Positions 37,581 through 48,198 of a stretch of 64,000 nt of DNA are shown one piece after another. Numbering within the stretch: the stretch's first letter is position 1; every line of letters starts with the position of its first letter. Under the pieces are notes generated by a model. It worked only from the letters and a program-made list of their open reading frames with translations. It did not search any database and was not told where the DNA came from. The position numbers and the translations under genes were made by a program. The stretch is from Candidatus Foliamicus sp. (GTDB lineage Bacteria; Pseudomonadota; Gammaproteobacteria; Steroidobacterales; Foliamicaceae): positions 419,095 through 483,094 of the forward strand of contig OZ252226.1 in the NCBI GenBank assembly GCA_965249285.1, written 5' to 3'.

Positions 37581-38531
37581 ATGACAATCACCCGCAGAGA
37601 CACACTCAAGTACGCAGGGGCCGCCATTGCGGTGATGTCTGGATCCCGTGCCGCCTCTGCCGGGACGCGGGCGGAAAGCAATGCCTATGCGGTCCGGTCC
37701 GGACCCATGCCCGTGCCCTATTTACCGAGGCGCGGCTATGCGGACGGACCCTTCGGACAGGTCCACTTCCGTGACACAGGTGAAGGAAGGCCCTTGGTTC
37801 TGTGCCCCCAGGCGCCCATGACCTCGCGCCAGTTCGAGAATGTCTACAAACCCCTCGCGCGCCGTGGAATCCGGGCCATCGGCGTTGATTCGCCTGGTTT
37901 CGGGGAATCGGACCCTACGCCCTTTGTTCCCACGGCTAGTGACTGGGCCGAGGCGGTGCCTGCTGTGCTCGACCAACTGGGCATCGAAAAGGCCGACGTG
38001 CTCGGCCACCATACCGGGAGCATGGTGGCGACGGAAGTGGCGATCCTCTTTCCGGAAAGAGTGAACAAGCTCGTCATCAACGGTCCTTTGCCCATGGGCG
38101 AGGAAGAACGTAGCAATTTCGTCAAGTCCGTCGAGAAAGGAGAGATCAACTTTGTTTACCAGACCGACGGCAGCCATTTGCAGGACGCCTTCGCCAGCCG
38201 CTACCGCATGTACGTCAACGGCGGAGCAACTCCCGACCCGAAGACTATCACCCGTTATACGGTGGAGCGCTTCCAGGGTTACGCGCCGTTCTGGACTGGC
38301 CACCACGCCGCATTTATCTATGATCACAATGCAGCTCTTATGAAGGTCCTGGTCCCCACCCTGATTCTCACCAACACAGGCGATCAGATCTACGAAAACG
38401 CCAAGCTGGCCGCGCAGATGCGTCCCGACTTCGCCTATGCAGAACTGCAGGGCGGCGGCATCGACATCGTCGATCAGATGCCCGAGGAATGGGCCGACGC
38501 GGTGGTGAACTTTCTCGACGGCTCTGCCTGA
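37581..38531 (+). CDS. Alpha/beta-fold hydrolase with twin-arginine signal peptide
   Basis: MTITRRDTLKYAGAAIAVMSGSRAASA (Tat motif RRDTLK). GVDSPGFGESD and the elbow VLGHHTGSMVA. RBS GAGGGGAAAGGA upstream of the ATG at 37581. Confidence 0.8.
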   Translation: MTITRRDTLKYAGAAIAVMSGSRAASAGTRAESNAYAVRSGPMPVPYLPRRGYADGPFGQVHFRDTGEGRPLVLCPQAPMTSRQFENVYKPLARRGIRAIGVDSPGFGESDPTPFVPTASDWAEAVPAVLDQLGIEKADVLGHHTGSMVATEVAILFPERVNKLVINGPLPMGEEERSNFVKSVEKGEINFVYQTDGSHLQDAFASRYRMYVNGGATPDPKTITRYTVERFQGYAPFWTGHHAAFIYDHNAALMKVLVPTLILTNTGDQIYENAKLAAQMRPDFAYAELQGGGIDIVDQMPEEWADAVVNFLDGSA

Positions 38532-38720
38532 TCGATCAACCTTTTGTTCGGCAGGGCGCAGGGCGCAAGAGAAAATGACGGGAAAATGGCGCTGAAATGA
38601 GACTATTCATAGAGTTGTCTTCGCCCTGGATCTGTTGTCTGAAAATACCACTTTAATTTAGTGTCGCGCTGAGTTGCGCCATATGCAGCGGGATGCCGAA
38701 CCCGCCCCCGCCGCTCATCA

Positions 38721-39104
38721 TCATTTCTTCATCGTGCACCGATATCTTTGCTCATAAGTCTCGTATTCCCTGCCCGTCCGGGCCGTTCCAAAGCCAGGTT
38801 TTAGCAGGCCGTCGTAGCCCCACTGCCGGCACATTGATTCTGCCTCCTTCCACAGGGCCAATTGCTCTGTGCCGTCATAGCACCGCCGGGTATTGCGGTC
38901 ATGGCACCGAAACTTGATTTTCCCGTCCGCTTGAGACGATTCGACAACAAACCAGTAAACGGGCGGCCCGGTGGGTGGCGGGACGGGAGGCACGCCGCGA
39001 GGGATAGTGCAGCCGGCCAGAGCAACGGCGGCAAGAACACCTGCGGTGCTTGAAAAGATGCTGGCTAAAGGGCGATCGGACAAACTACCCGTGGCAAGGA
39101 TCAT
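38721..39104 (-). CDS. Cys-rich putative lipoprotein
   Basis: 127 aa from the ATG at 39104. Lipobox AVALAGC. Proline-rich linker, then four further Cys. ATGA overlap with the upstream membrane-protein gene. Confidence 0.5.
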   Translation of the reverse strand: MILATGSLSDRPLASIFSSTAGVLAAVALAGCTIPRGVPPVPPPTGPPVYWFVVESSQADGKIKFRCHDRNTRRCYDGTEQLALWKEAESMCRQWGYDGLLKPGFGTARTGREYETYEQRYRCTMKK

Positions 39105-39424
39105 AGGAAAACCCCGTGCTCGGCATGGGCAAGGCCCACTGTTGCATACCCGGTCGAAAATAAGGGAACAATGGCAGCAACGACACATATGGCGCCACCA
39201 AGAAGCGGCATGCTGGCTCCTCGGAAGCCCTTGAACAGCGCGATGATCAAGCCCAGGCCGGCGAATAGCCCGCCAACCAATGCGATAGGGATTGTGAGAA
39301 GTCCAAGGAACGGGATCCAGCCGCCCAGCAGTGCCAGTGCACCGCAAACTACAGAGATGATGCCCAGGGTCGCCGATGCGGTGTTCCTGTTAATGACAAT
39401 GACTTCTTGAGGCCTTTCTTTCAT
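39101..39424 (-). CDS. Small Gly-rich membrane protein
   Basis: 107 aa with three hydrophobic helices (LGIISVVCGALALLGGWIPFLGLLTIPIALVGGLFAGLGLIIALF). Confidence 0.5.
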   Translation of the reverse strand: MKERPQEVIVINRNTASATLGIISVVCGALALLGGWIPFLGLLTIPIALVGGLFAGLGLIIALFKGFRGASMPLLGGAICVVAAIVPLFSTGYATVGLAHAEHGVFL

Positions 39425-39705
39425 AGCCCTGTCTCCTTTCCGTAATCAACCAACGCACGCAATTCAGCGCAGCTCAGCGTAACCGCAGTCTTAGCGCAGA
39501 ATCCAGGATATCAACATCCGAGGACTTGTAGCCCACAATTGCCTCTCGCAACCTCTCGAAAACCGAAGAATGACCGCCAGCTTCGACTAGTATGAAGCTA
39601 CCAAAGAAGACTTCCATGAAAGTTATTACCCCCATTCTCGCCGCCGCACTTCTGGAGGCTTGTACGGGCTATACGCGGCCGGATGAGCCGCAATACCTCA
39701 CCGAT

Positions 39706-40098
39706 TCAACGGTCTGCGCGGAACCATTCGGCTAATTCTGTTTCTCTGATCCGGCCGGCGGCGACGCCTTCCATGAGCCGGACTGCGTCCATGCGGTCAA
39801 AGCGGAGGACTTCGCCGTTGTCCGCCAGGAACAGGCGGGCGACGACCCACGCGGTGCGTTTGTTGCCGTCCAGGAAGCCGTGGTTCTTGGCTATTCCGCA
39901 GGCGTAAGCGGCTGCGAGTCGGGCGGCGTCGGGGTCTTCGTAGTTTGCAATCTGCACAGGCCGATTCAACGCGGAGAGGATCGCCCCCTCGTCCCGCACG
40001 CCGTCCAGGCCTCCGTGCTCGGCAATTTGGCGGTCGTGCACGGCAAACGCGACGGCGTCGGATACCCAGCGCCAGGGCGCCGGGCCTCCTGTGCTCAT
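39706..40098 (-). CDS. doc: Doc (death-on-curing) family toxin
   Basis: Fic/Doc motif HGFLDGNKRTAWV. 130 aa. Confidence 0.9.
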   Translation of the reverse strand: MSTGGPAPWRWVSDAVAFAVHDRQIAEHGGLDGVRDEGAILSALNRPVQIANYEDPDAARLAAAYACGIAKNHGFLDGNKRTAWVVARLFLADNGEVLRFDRMDAVRLMEGVAAGRIRETELAEWFRADR

Positions 40099-40319
40099 TT
40101 GGCCAGCCGCCGCAGTACCTCGCGGTCGTCGTGCATGATTTGCTCGGCCTGCTCCATCTGGCGCGCGAATTCCGGGTCATAAGGCGTCAGGCGAAAGCCG
40201 CCCGGCGCTTCCGTCAGATAGAGCCGATCGCCTTTCTTGACACGAAGCCGGGCCATGGCTGCCTTGTTGAGAATGATGCCGGAAGAGGCGCCGACGGTCG
40301 TGATCTTGAAAACGGGCAT
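40095..40319 (-). CDS. AbrB/MazE/SpoVT-family antitoxin (Doc partner)
   Basis: MPVFKITTVGASSGIILNKAAMARLRVKKGDRLYLTE is a swapped-hairpin beta-barrel N-terminus. Overlaps doc by 4 nt. Confidence 0.8.
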   Translation of the reverse strand: MPVFKITTVGASSGIILNKAAMARLRVKKGDRLYLTEAPGGFRLTPYDPEFARQMEQAEQIMHDDREVLRRLAK

Positions 40320-40371
40320 GATCCCTCCTCTATATAATTGTTATTATATACCTGTTGATCTCGAGCGGGGT

Positions 40372-40812
40372 TTACCGACGACCAATCCCGCTGTTGCGCC
40401 AGGCGCCAATGGAGCGTTGGAGCAGAAAGAGGAATGACGGAACCGCAAACAGGATCGGAATCGCTGAATCTCCCTTGAAGGCGCCCCCTTGAATCAAGGT
40501 TGCTGCGGCGAGCAGCAACAGCACGTTGAGCGCAATAACACTTGTGGCGATTTGCGTTGGGCGACCCGGGGCGAGTTTCTTGAACGTGGCCAGGAAAATC
40601 AGCACGATCGAGACTGGGTGAAACAGGTAGAGCGTCAGCAGGAACACGATCAGTTCAAAGCTGAACTCGCCGACCCCCTGCAGGGCAAACAGCGTGACGG
40701 GAAAAATGAGCGCGGCCAGCCCGGCCGTCGCCAGCGTCAATGCTCGTAAGACTTTCTCAACGAAGTACATAACAAGGGGCTCGTTCAGGCCTTCCTGAAT
40801 CGCCAGCCGCAC
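40372..40812 (-). CDS. Hypothetical membrane protein (about 4 TM)
   Basis: 146 aa with hydrophobic helices. No recognisable family. Confidence 0.45.
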   Translation of the reverse strand: MRLAIQEGLNEPLVMYFVEKVLRALTLATAGLAALIFPVTLFALQGVGEFSFELIVFLLTLYLFHPVSIVLIFLATFKKLAPGRPTQIATSVIALNVLLLLAAATLIQGGAFKGDSAIPILFAVPSFLFLLQRSIGAWRNSGIGRR

Positions 40813-40878
40813 ATGGTGCGCCCGTAAAATCGGATCATTGTCCGCTCGTAATCTTGCATCGTTGGCAGATTTCCGTTC

Positions 40879-41864
40879 TTAACACGTTTCCCGCCAGTGG
40901 TGGCAGGCGACGCGATGTGCCGGCGAGATGTTCTCGGTCGGCGGTGTCGCGCGCGCGCATTCGGGCGTGGCGATCGGGCAGCGGGTCCGGAATACGCAGC
41001 CCGAGGGCGGGTCCAACGCCGAGGGTATTTCGCCCGGCAGGACGTTAGCCAATTTAGGCGGGCGTTGGTCGGGATCGGCGTCGGGAATAGCGTCGATCAG
41101 CGCCCGGCTGTATGGATGCCGGGCATTTCTAAACAGCTCGTCGCACCGGCCAATCTCCATTAGCCTGCCGAGATACAGCACCATCACCCGATGCGACATG
41201 TAGCGCACGACCGAGAGATCGTGGCTGATGAACAGTATCGCGATGCCGGTTTCCCGCTGCAGTCGGCGAAGCAGGTTGCAGATCTGCGCCTGTATCGAAA
41301 CGTCGAGCGCGCTGACCGGTTCGTCGCAAACGAGCAGCTTCGGCTCGGTAATCATGGCGCGTGCAATGCTGATGCGCTGGCATTGTCCGGAGCTGAACTC
41401 GTTCGGATAGCGTCGCATCATTTCGGGTCCCAAGCCCACTCGCACGAACATGGCTGCTACCGCAACCTGGCGCTCTCCGGCGGACATGTCCGCCGCGTGC
41501 ACACGCAGCGGCTCACCCACGATCTCGCCGACCGGCATTCGCGGGTTCAAAGCGGACAGCGGGTCCTGAAACACAATCTGAAGTTCGCTGCGCAGTTTCG
41601 TCATCGTCACTGCGTCGGCACGCGACAAATCAACCCCGCGCCAGACAACGCGTCCCGCTGAAGGCGTGATCAGTTGCAGGATCGCCTTCCCGAGCGAGGT
41701 CTTCCCGCAACCCGTTTCGCCGACGATCCCCAGTGTTTCGCCCTCGGAAAGCTCGAAGCCGATGTCGCTGACTGCGCGCAGTGTCCGGGTACGCGAACCG
41801 AATGCCCCGGTGCGCCGTTGTTCATAATCAACGGACAGCGACTCCACGCTGAGCAGCGGCCCGC

Positions 41865-41868
<4 letters not shown>
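40879..41868 (-). CDS. Peptide ABC transporter ATP-binding protein (DppF/OppF type)
   Basis: Walker [10 protein letters not shown], signature FSSGQCQR, Walker [13 protein letters not shown], and a C-terminal oligopeptide-type extension. The GTG start at 41868 overlaps the upstream TGA. Confidence 0.9.
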
Positions 41869-42830
<962 letters not shown>

Positions 42831-42839
42831 TGCCGGGCG

Positions 42840-43745
42840 CTAGCGGTAGGAGGGGTCGAGCGCATCGCGCAGCCCGTCGCCGATGAAGTTGAAGCAGAAC
42901 ATCGTGATCGCCAGCAGCGTCGCCGGAAACAGGATCAGCCATGGCGCCGTATCGAGCTGACCGGCGGCCTGCGAGATCAGCAGCCCCCAGCTTGTGAGGG
43001 GCTCCTGGACGCCCAGTCCGATGAAGCTCAAGTAACTCTCGACCAGGATATTGGTGGGGATCAGCAGCGTCACGTAGACCACGACCGGACCGGCGACGTT
43101 CGGAAGGATGTAGCGGCGCAGGATTGCCGGTCTTGACAGCCCGATCGCGACTGCCGACTCCACGTACTCCTTTGCTTTGACGCTGAGTGTCTGTCCGCGA
43201 ACGATGCGCGAAAGCGTCAGCCATTCAACCGCGCCGATGGCGACGAATATCAGGAAGATGTTCCTGCCGAACACGGTGACGAGAATGATGATGAAGAACA
43301 GCAGCGGCAGCGAATACAGCACATCGACGATGCGCATCATGAACCCGTCGGTGCGCCCGCCGGTGAAACCGGCGATGGCGCCGTAGCCGACCCCGATACC
43401 GAGCGCCACCAGTGTCGTCATCACGCCGATCGTCAGCGAAATGCGGCCCGCGTAGAACACGCGCACGAAAAGGTCGCGGCCGTTGGCGTCGGTACCGAAC
43501 CAGTGCCAGTTGTCGAAACTCGGCGCCAGGAGGATATTCTCCCAGGAAGCCTCTTCGACCGCGTGCGGCCAGAATGCCGGTATCAGCGTCGAAGCGAGCG
43601 CAATGGCTAGCAGCACGCCGATGCTGCCCATCGCGGCGCGGTTGCGCCGGAAACGCCGCCCGGCCTGGCGCCAGAGTGAACCGGACAAGCCGCCGCTCGC
43701 CGCCCGGCCGAGCTCCGGCGACTGCAACAGTCCGTCCACGCTCAC
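42840..43745 (-). CDS. Peptide ABC transporter permease (DppC/OppC type)
   Basis: BPD-transporter core (...SRIVRGQTLSVKAKEYVESAVAIGLS...). The GTG start at 43745 overlaps the stop of the upstream permease gene (GTGA). Confidence 0.85.
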   Translation of the reverse strand: MSVDGLLQSPELGRAASGGLSGSLWRQAGRRFRRNRAAMGSIGVLLAIALASTLIPAFWPHAVEEASWENILLAPSFDNWHWFGTDANGRDLFVRVFYAGRISLTIGVMTTLVALGIGVGYGAIAGFTGGRTDGFMMRIVDVLYSLPLLFFIIILVTVFGRNIFLIFVAIGAVEWLTLSRIVRGQTLSVKAKEYVESAVAIGLSRPAILRRYILPNVAGPVVVYVTLLIPTNILVESYLSFIGLGVQEPLTSWGLLISQAAGQLDTAPWLILFPATLLAITMFCFNFIGDGLRDALDPSYR

Positions 43746-44674
43746 CGGTAGGTCCTCCGCACACGCGGGTCCAGGGCCGCGTAGGCGAGATCCGACAGGA
43801 GATTCAGCAGGATGATCAGTGCACCGTAGACAATGACGATCGCCATGACGAGCGGGTAGTCGCGGTTCAGCGCGCCCTGGATGAAGTAACGGCCAACGCC
43901 CGGCAGATCGAATATCAGCTCGATGACGAGCGACCCGGTCATGATGCCGGCCAGGGCCGGGCCGAGGTAGCCGACCAGCGGGATCGCCGCCGACTGCAGC
44001 ACGTGGTTCCAAACGACCTGCCGTTCAGGCAGACCCTTCGCACGAGCCGTGCGAACGAAGTTCGCGCGCATTACCTCGAGCATTCCGCCGCGCATCAGCC
44101 GGGCAATGATCGCGAGCTGCGGTAACGCCAGCGCGACGACCGGCAGCACCATGTTTGCGGCCGCGCCGTCGTTCCAGCCGGCGACGGGCAGAAGTCTCAG
44201 GTAGAGCCCGAAAAACAGCGCGAGTATGGGCGCCGTGACGAAAGAGGGTATTGCGATACCGGTCATCGCCAGCGTCATCGTCGCGTGATCGAAGAATCGA
44301 TTGTGACGCAGCGCGGCCAGGATCCCGCACGGTGCGCCGATGAGCAGGGCGACGAGCATCGCAGTGAAGCCGAGCTTTGCGCTGACCGGCAGCCCTATTG
44401 CAATGAGCTCCGTTACATTGAAATCCTGGTAGACCAACGATGGCCCGAAATCACCCTGCAAAACGTTTGTGAGATAGGTTCGATATTGCTCCAGCAGCGG
44501 CCTGTCGAGCCCATAGGCTTGGCGCAGACTTTCGAGCACTACGGGCTCGAGGTCTGCTTGCGAATCGAATGGTCCGCCGGGCGCCGCACGCATCAGGAAG
44601 AACGATGCGGTCGCAATGGCGAGCAGTGTCGGTATTGCAACGGCGAGCCGCCTGAGTGTGAATGCGAGCATCAA
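43742..44674 (-). CDS. Peptide ABC transporter permease (DppB/OppB type)
   Basis: MMLAFTLRRLAVAIPTLLAIATASFFLMRAAPGGPF...NFVRTARAKGL. Confidence 0.9.
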   Translation of the reverse strand: MMLAFTLRRLAVAIPTLLAIATASFFLMRAAPGGPFDSQADLEPVVLESLRQAYGLDRPLLEQYRTYLTNVLQGDFGPSLVYQDFNVTELIAIGLPVSAKLGFTAMLVALLIGAPCGILAALRHNRFFDHATMTLAMTGIAIPSFVTAPILALFFGLYLRLLPVAGWNDGAAANMVLPVVALALPQLAIIARLMRGGMLEVMRANFVRTARAKGLPERQVVWNHVLQSAAIPLVGYLGPALAGIMTGSLVIELIFDLPGVGRYFIQGALNRDYPLVMAIVIVYGALIILLNLLSDLAYAALDPRVRRTYR

Positions 44675-44716
44675 ACGTAAGGATCAGCGCCAGGGTGCGT
44701 CCACCGGAGCATAGCA

Positions 44717-44781
44717 GGCCCCCTGGGAACGAGGGCATCCTGCCCTCGTCGAGGGCAAGATGCCCTCGTTCCCAGGGGGCC
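44717..44781. repeat. REP-like structured palindromic element, copy 2 (intergenic within the ABC operon)
   Basis: Sequence ggccccctgggaacgagggcatcctgccctcgtcgagggcaagatgccctcgttcccagggggcc. It is a near-perfect 65-bp palindrome with the same CTGGGAA...TTCCCAG outer stem and two inner GAGGGCA/TGCCCTC hairpins. Confidence 0.75.
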
Positions 44782-46367
44782 TAGTCGGATTGCGCGTTCG
44801 GATTGCTCTCGCGCCAGGCGTAACGGCTGGGTGTGACGCCGTTTACGTTAGGCAGAAAGCCATGAATGTCGCTTGCCACCAGGCGGCGGTGCACCGTGAA
44901 GAACAAGGGCAGCACGGGATAGTCTTCCAGCGCGCTCACTTCCGCTTCACGAAACGCCGCTCGGCGCGCATCCGGATCGAGCAGCGTCTCAGCCCGGGCG
45001 ATCAGTCGATCGACGCTCGCATTGCGGTAACCCGAAAGATTGTTCGGATTGTCCGACTCGACCAGGCCAAGAAACGTTTCGGGGTCGTCCGTGGGGGAGT
45101 ACCAGAAGAACCGCGAGGCGGTGTAACCTCCCGTGCGCACCGACCGGTGCAGCGTGCCGAAGTCCGTGTGCAGCAGTTCCACGTTGACGCCGATTTCACG
45201 CCAGGTCGCCTGGAGCGCAACTGCAAGGCGCCGTTCTTCTTCCAGCGGTTCATAGCGTAGTTCGAACGCCAGCGGCCGGTTGCTGTCGTAACCGGCGGAT
45301 TCGAGCAGGGCGCGCGCTTCGTCCAGTCGACCCGGCATCGGCTGATTGGCGTAATCGGGCGCCGGCGGGTCGTAGCCGGTGACCGTGGGCGGGGTCAGTG
45401 AGTAGGCGGGAGGGACGCCGATCACCATGATCCGGTTTACGATCTGCCGCCGGTCGACGCTGATTGACAACGCCCGGCGCACGCGAACATCGTCGAACGG
45501 CGGCTTTCGATGATTCAAGAGGATATAGCTGATGCCGAGCGCGGGCCACACCTTCAGCTGACCGGGCAGGTTCTCTTCTATCCATTTCATGCGGTCGGGC
45601 GGGAACAGGAACAGAATGTCGAGTTCGCCTGCCAGGTATCGACGCATGGCCGTTTCGGCGTTCGTCGTTGGGTAGTACTGAACGTTCTGCATTCGAACGC
45701 CATCGGCGGCGTAGAAGTGGGGATTTTTCTCAAGCGTCAGGTGCGACTGCGGCACCCATTCGACGAGACGGTAAGGTCCGCTGGAAAGCAGCCGTCCGGG
45801 ACGGGACCAGCCGCGGCCGTGTTCCTGGATGACTTCACCCGGCACTGGCGCCGCGGCGAAACTGCCCAGCTTTTGGAGCAATGACGCATCGGGGTGCTCG
45901 AGCTCAAAAACGATCGTCCGCTCGTCCTCGGCACGGACACCGAGTTCCGCTGGGTCGAGGTCACCGCTTAAGGTGCTTCGCGCATTCTTGACCGAATAGA
46001 AAAATGGCCCGTGTCGCGTACCGGTGCCGGGAGTTAAAAGCCGACGCATGGAGTAGACGAAATCGTCTGCGACGATCGGCGAACCGTCGGACCACTTGAG
46101 ATTCTCGCGCAGGTGAAAACGATAGGTGAGACCGTCCGAACTGATGTCCCAGGCTTCGGCGGCGCCGGTGATCAGGCGGCCGGCGGCATCGAGAGTGGTC
46201 AGCCCGGTGTTGAGATCACGCAGAATTGACGACGCGTTACCGGATGCGACTTGGGGATCGAGACTGTTCGGTTCGCCGGCCGCGCCACGTCGCAGTGTGT
46301 CCGCCGTCACGCCCGTTGCCAGTAGCAGCGCCCCGGCTGCAATCAGCGCTGTTCTGAAGGTTGACAA
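44781..46367 (-). CDS. ABC transporter substrate-binding protein, family 5 (DppA/OppA type)
   Basis: 528 aa. Signal peptide, then LNTGLTTLDAAGRL...LKWSDGSPIVADDFVYS. Confidence 0.9.
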   Translation of the reverse strand: MSTFRTALIAAGALLLATGVTADTLRRGAAGEPNSLDPQVASGNASSILRDLNTGLTTLDAAGRLITGAAEAWDISSDGLTYRFHLRENLKWSDGSPIVADDFVYSMRRLLTPGTGTRHGPFFYSVKNARSTLSGDLDPAELGVRAEDERTIVFELEHPDASLLQKLGSFAAAPVPGEVIQEHGRGWSRPGRLLSSGPYRLVEWVPQSHLTLEKNPHFYAADGVRMQNVQYYPTTNAETAMRRYLAGELDILFLFPPDRMKWIEENLPGQLKVWPALGISYILLNHRKPPFDDVRVRRALSISVDRRQIVNRIMVIGVPPAYSLTPPTVTGYDPPAPDYANQPMPGRLDEARALLESAGYDSNRPLAFELRYEPLEEERRLAVALQATWREIGVNVELLHTDFGTLHRSVRTGGYTASRFFWYSPTDDPETFLGLVESDNPNNLSGYRNASVDRLIARAETLLDPDARRAAFREAEVSALEDYPVLPLFFTVHRRLVASDIHGFLPNVNGVTPSRYAWRESNPNAQSD

Positions 46368-46375
46368 CGGCCGGC

Positions 46376-47836
46376 TCAGGCAGCGACAGTCCGCGCGCCG
46401 TTCGCCAGCATCCTGGCGACGTCATCCTCCACGGCCGTGCCGACGAAAAATTCCGGATCCATGTTGGTGAAAAGACGCGCGGGATTGTGGAACACGAAAT
46501 CGGCGAAATCGTCTTCGCTCATCAAGCCATCGTCGACGAGTTCATGCGCTTCGCTCAGTATGCCGGTCATGTCGGGGACATCCCAGTGGCCGAAGTCCGA
46601 CGAGAAAATCGCATTGAGTTTCCGCCCGCCCGGCAACAGCCGCGTGTCGAACGCGGTCGCATTCATCCGGTCATCAGCCTCGCAGCCATAGTAGAAGTTC
46701 GGCACCAGCCGATCAAGCAGTTCGTCGATGCTCTTGATGTTGGCTGCCGCGAAATCGTCGACGCCATCGCGCTCCTTTACGCTTCTTAAGATAGCGCCCT
46801 GCGGCAGGCGTCCGGACAGAACCTCGCCGCCGTACTGCTCGAACAGCGATTCCATAAGCTCGCGGTCGATCTTCTCGGGGTTGAACTGCTGGATTGCTTC
46901 GGCGCTGCGTTTTTCCCAACGTTCCTTGAGGTCGCAGACAAGACACGCGGCCCAGGCGACGCCGCATTCCAGGAACGCAAAATTCAGGTCCGGGAAGCGA
47001 TTCGTCACGCCACCGAAAAAAAGCGCCTTGGCAAACGCGTGACCGGCATCGGCGAAGTGCCCGGTCTGGTTGTACATGTAATTGCTTGGGGAACGGCGCA
47101 TGTGCATGCCCTGTCCAACCGCGTGGGCCGTCACCGGAATCTTCAAGTCCATGCAGCGCTGCCAGAGCGGGTCGTAGTCGTAAATGCTGTCGATAGCCAG
47201 CGTGTCGATCCAGAACGCGTAGGGCCTGAGTGTCGGGTCTACCTCATCGATCGGGCCGATCGGGCGTCTCACGAGGTTGATGAACATCGGCACCTTGAAG
47301 TTCAGTTCCCCCATTGCGTAATCGAGCTCCTCAATGGCTTCCTCGGGCGTGTGGCATGGAATAACCGCCGCCGGCGTAATGCGGTCCTCGAAGCCCCGGT
47401 AGATGTCCGCCATCATCAGGTTGTGGGCCCGGCAGGCCGCCCGGCGAACCTCCGGGTCGGGGATATCCGGCAACAGGAAACCGATCGTCGGGTAGACGAC
47501 CGCGTAGTCGATTCCCATCTCAGGAAGCCGTTCGTGCATCAGCTTCGGCAGCATTGCGGTCGCCAGGTCGAGCGTATTCTCAGCGGGCGCCGCCCAGAAG
47601 GCCGGTCGAATGACATTGTGGTGCCGGCGCTGTGCGTGGTCCAGCTTGTACCAGTTCAGGTTGTCCCGGCGACGGAAGCTCGCGAAGGTTTTCTCGGACA
47701 TTTCCGGCCCGCCCACCTGCTTCAAGTAATCGAAAATCACCGGAAACAGTTCAACCATGTGCCCGTCCGTGTCGATGACGGGGTGATTCAGGCGCGCGCG
47801 AAGCTCGCTTGATCGTGTAATTTTCGCTTTGCTCAT
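46376..47836 (-). CDS. Amidohydrolase-family protein (metal-dependent hydrolase, TIM barrel)
   Basis: VIDTDGHMVE near the N-terminus and SSDFGHWD near the C-terminus. Start placed at the ATG at 47836 (MSKAKITR) with GGAG 9 nt upstream. The longer ORF-track N-terminus merely translates the REP element. Confidence 0.8.
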   Translation of the reverse strand: MSKAKITRSSELRARLNHPVIDTDGHMVELFPVIFDYLKQVGGPEMSEKTFASFRRRDNLNWYKLDHAQRRHHNVIRPAFWAAPAENTLDLATAMLPKLMHERLPEMGIDYAVVYPTIGFLLPDIPDPEVRRAACRAHNLMMADIYRGFEDRITPAAVIPCHTPEEAIEELDYAMGELNFKVPMFINLVRRPIGPIDEVDPTLRPYAFWIDTLAIDSIYDYDPLWQRCMDLKIPVTAHAVGQGMHMRRSPSNYMYNQTGHFADAGHAFAKALFFGGVTNRFPDLNFAFLECGVAWAACLVCDLKERWEKRSAEAIQQFNPEKIDRELMESLFEQYGGEVLSGRLPQGAILRSVKERDGVDDFAAANIKSIDELLDRLVPNFYYGCEADDRMNATAFDTRLLPGGRKLNAIFSSDFGHWDVPDMTGILSEAHELVDDGLMSEDDFADFVFHNPARLFTNMDPEFFVGTAVEDDVARMLANGARTVAA

Positions 47837-47950
47837 GGCCGTGTACTCCATTCCACTCCAAGTAACTTTACACGTTGCGTGGGAAGTAACACGTGTTGCC
47901 TGCGAATGTTCACAGCGGGCGCCGTTACGCTGACGCGCAGGGAACACGCG

Positions 47951-48004
47951 CTGGGAACTAGGACATCCTGTCCTCGTGGAGGGCTGGAAGCCCTCCTTCC
48001 CAGG
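47951..48004. repeat. REP-like structured palindromic element, copy 3
   Basis: Sequence ctgggaactaggacatcctgtcctcgtggagggctggaagccctccttcccagg. It lies in the divergent intergenic region between the amidohydrolase and the FGE-like gene. Confidence 0.7.
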
Positions 48005-48198
48005 TTGTTGCTTGCGAGTGCAGAGTGTTTCCGGTCGTTTGCTGCTCTCCCGTTCGGCGAGCACTGGAGAGATGAGACGCATCATAGGCTGTCAGATTAG
48101 TGAACGAATTTAGTGCGGAGTTGAGCGTTCCGAGTCGCCCCATCCTCTTGTGTTTCCTGTGCGAGAATGGGTGGCGCTTGACTACGGGGGTCTCGATC

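Noticed and set aside
39616-39735. 39-codon ORF with a lipobox-like LEAC (MKVITPILAAALLEAC...)
   Set aside because: It is very short, overlaps the 3' end of doc on the opposite strand, and has no supporting RBS or homology that I can verify.
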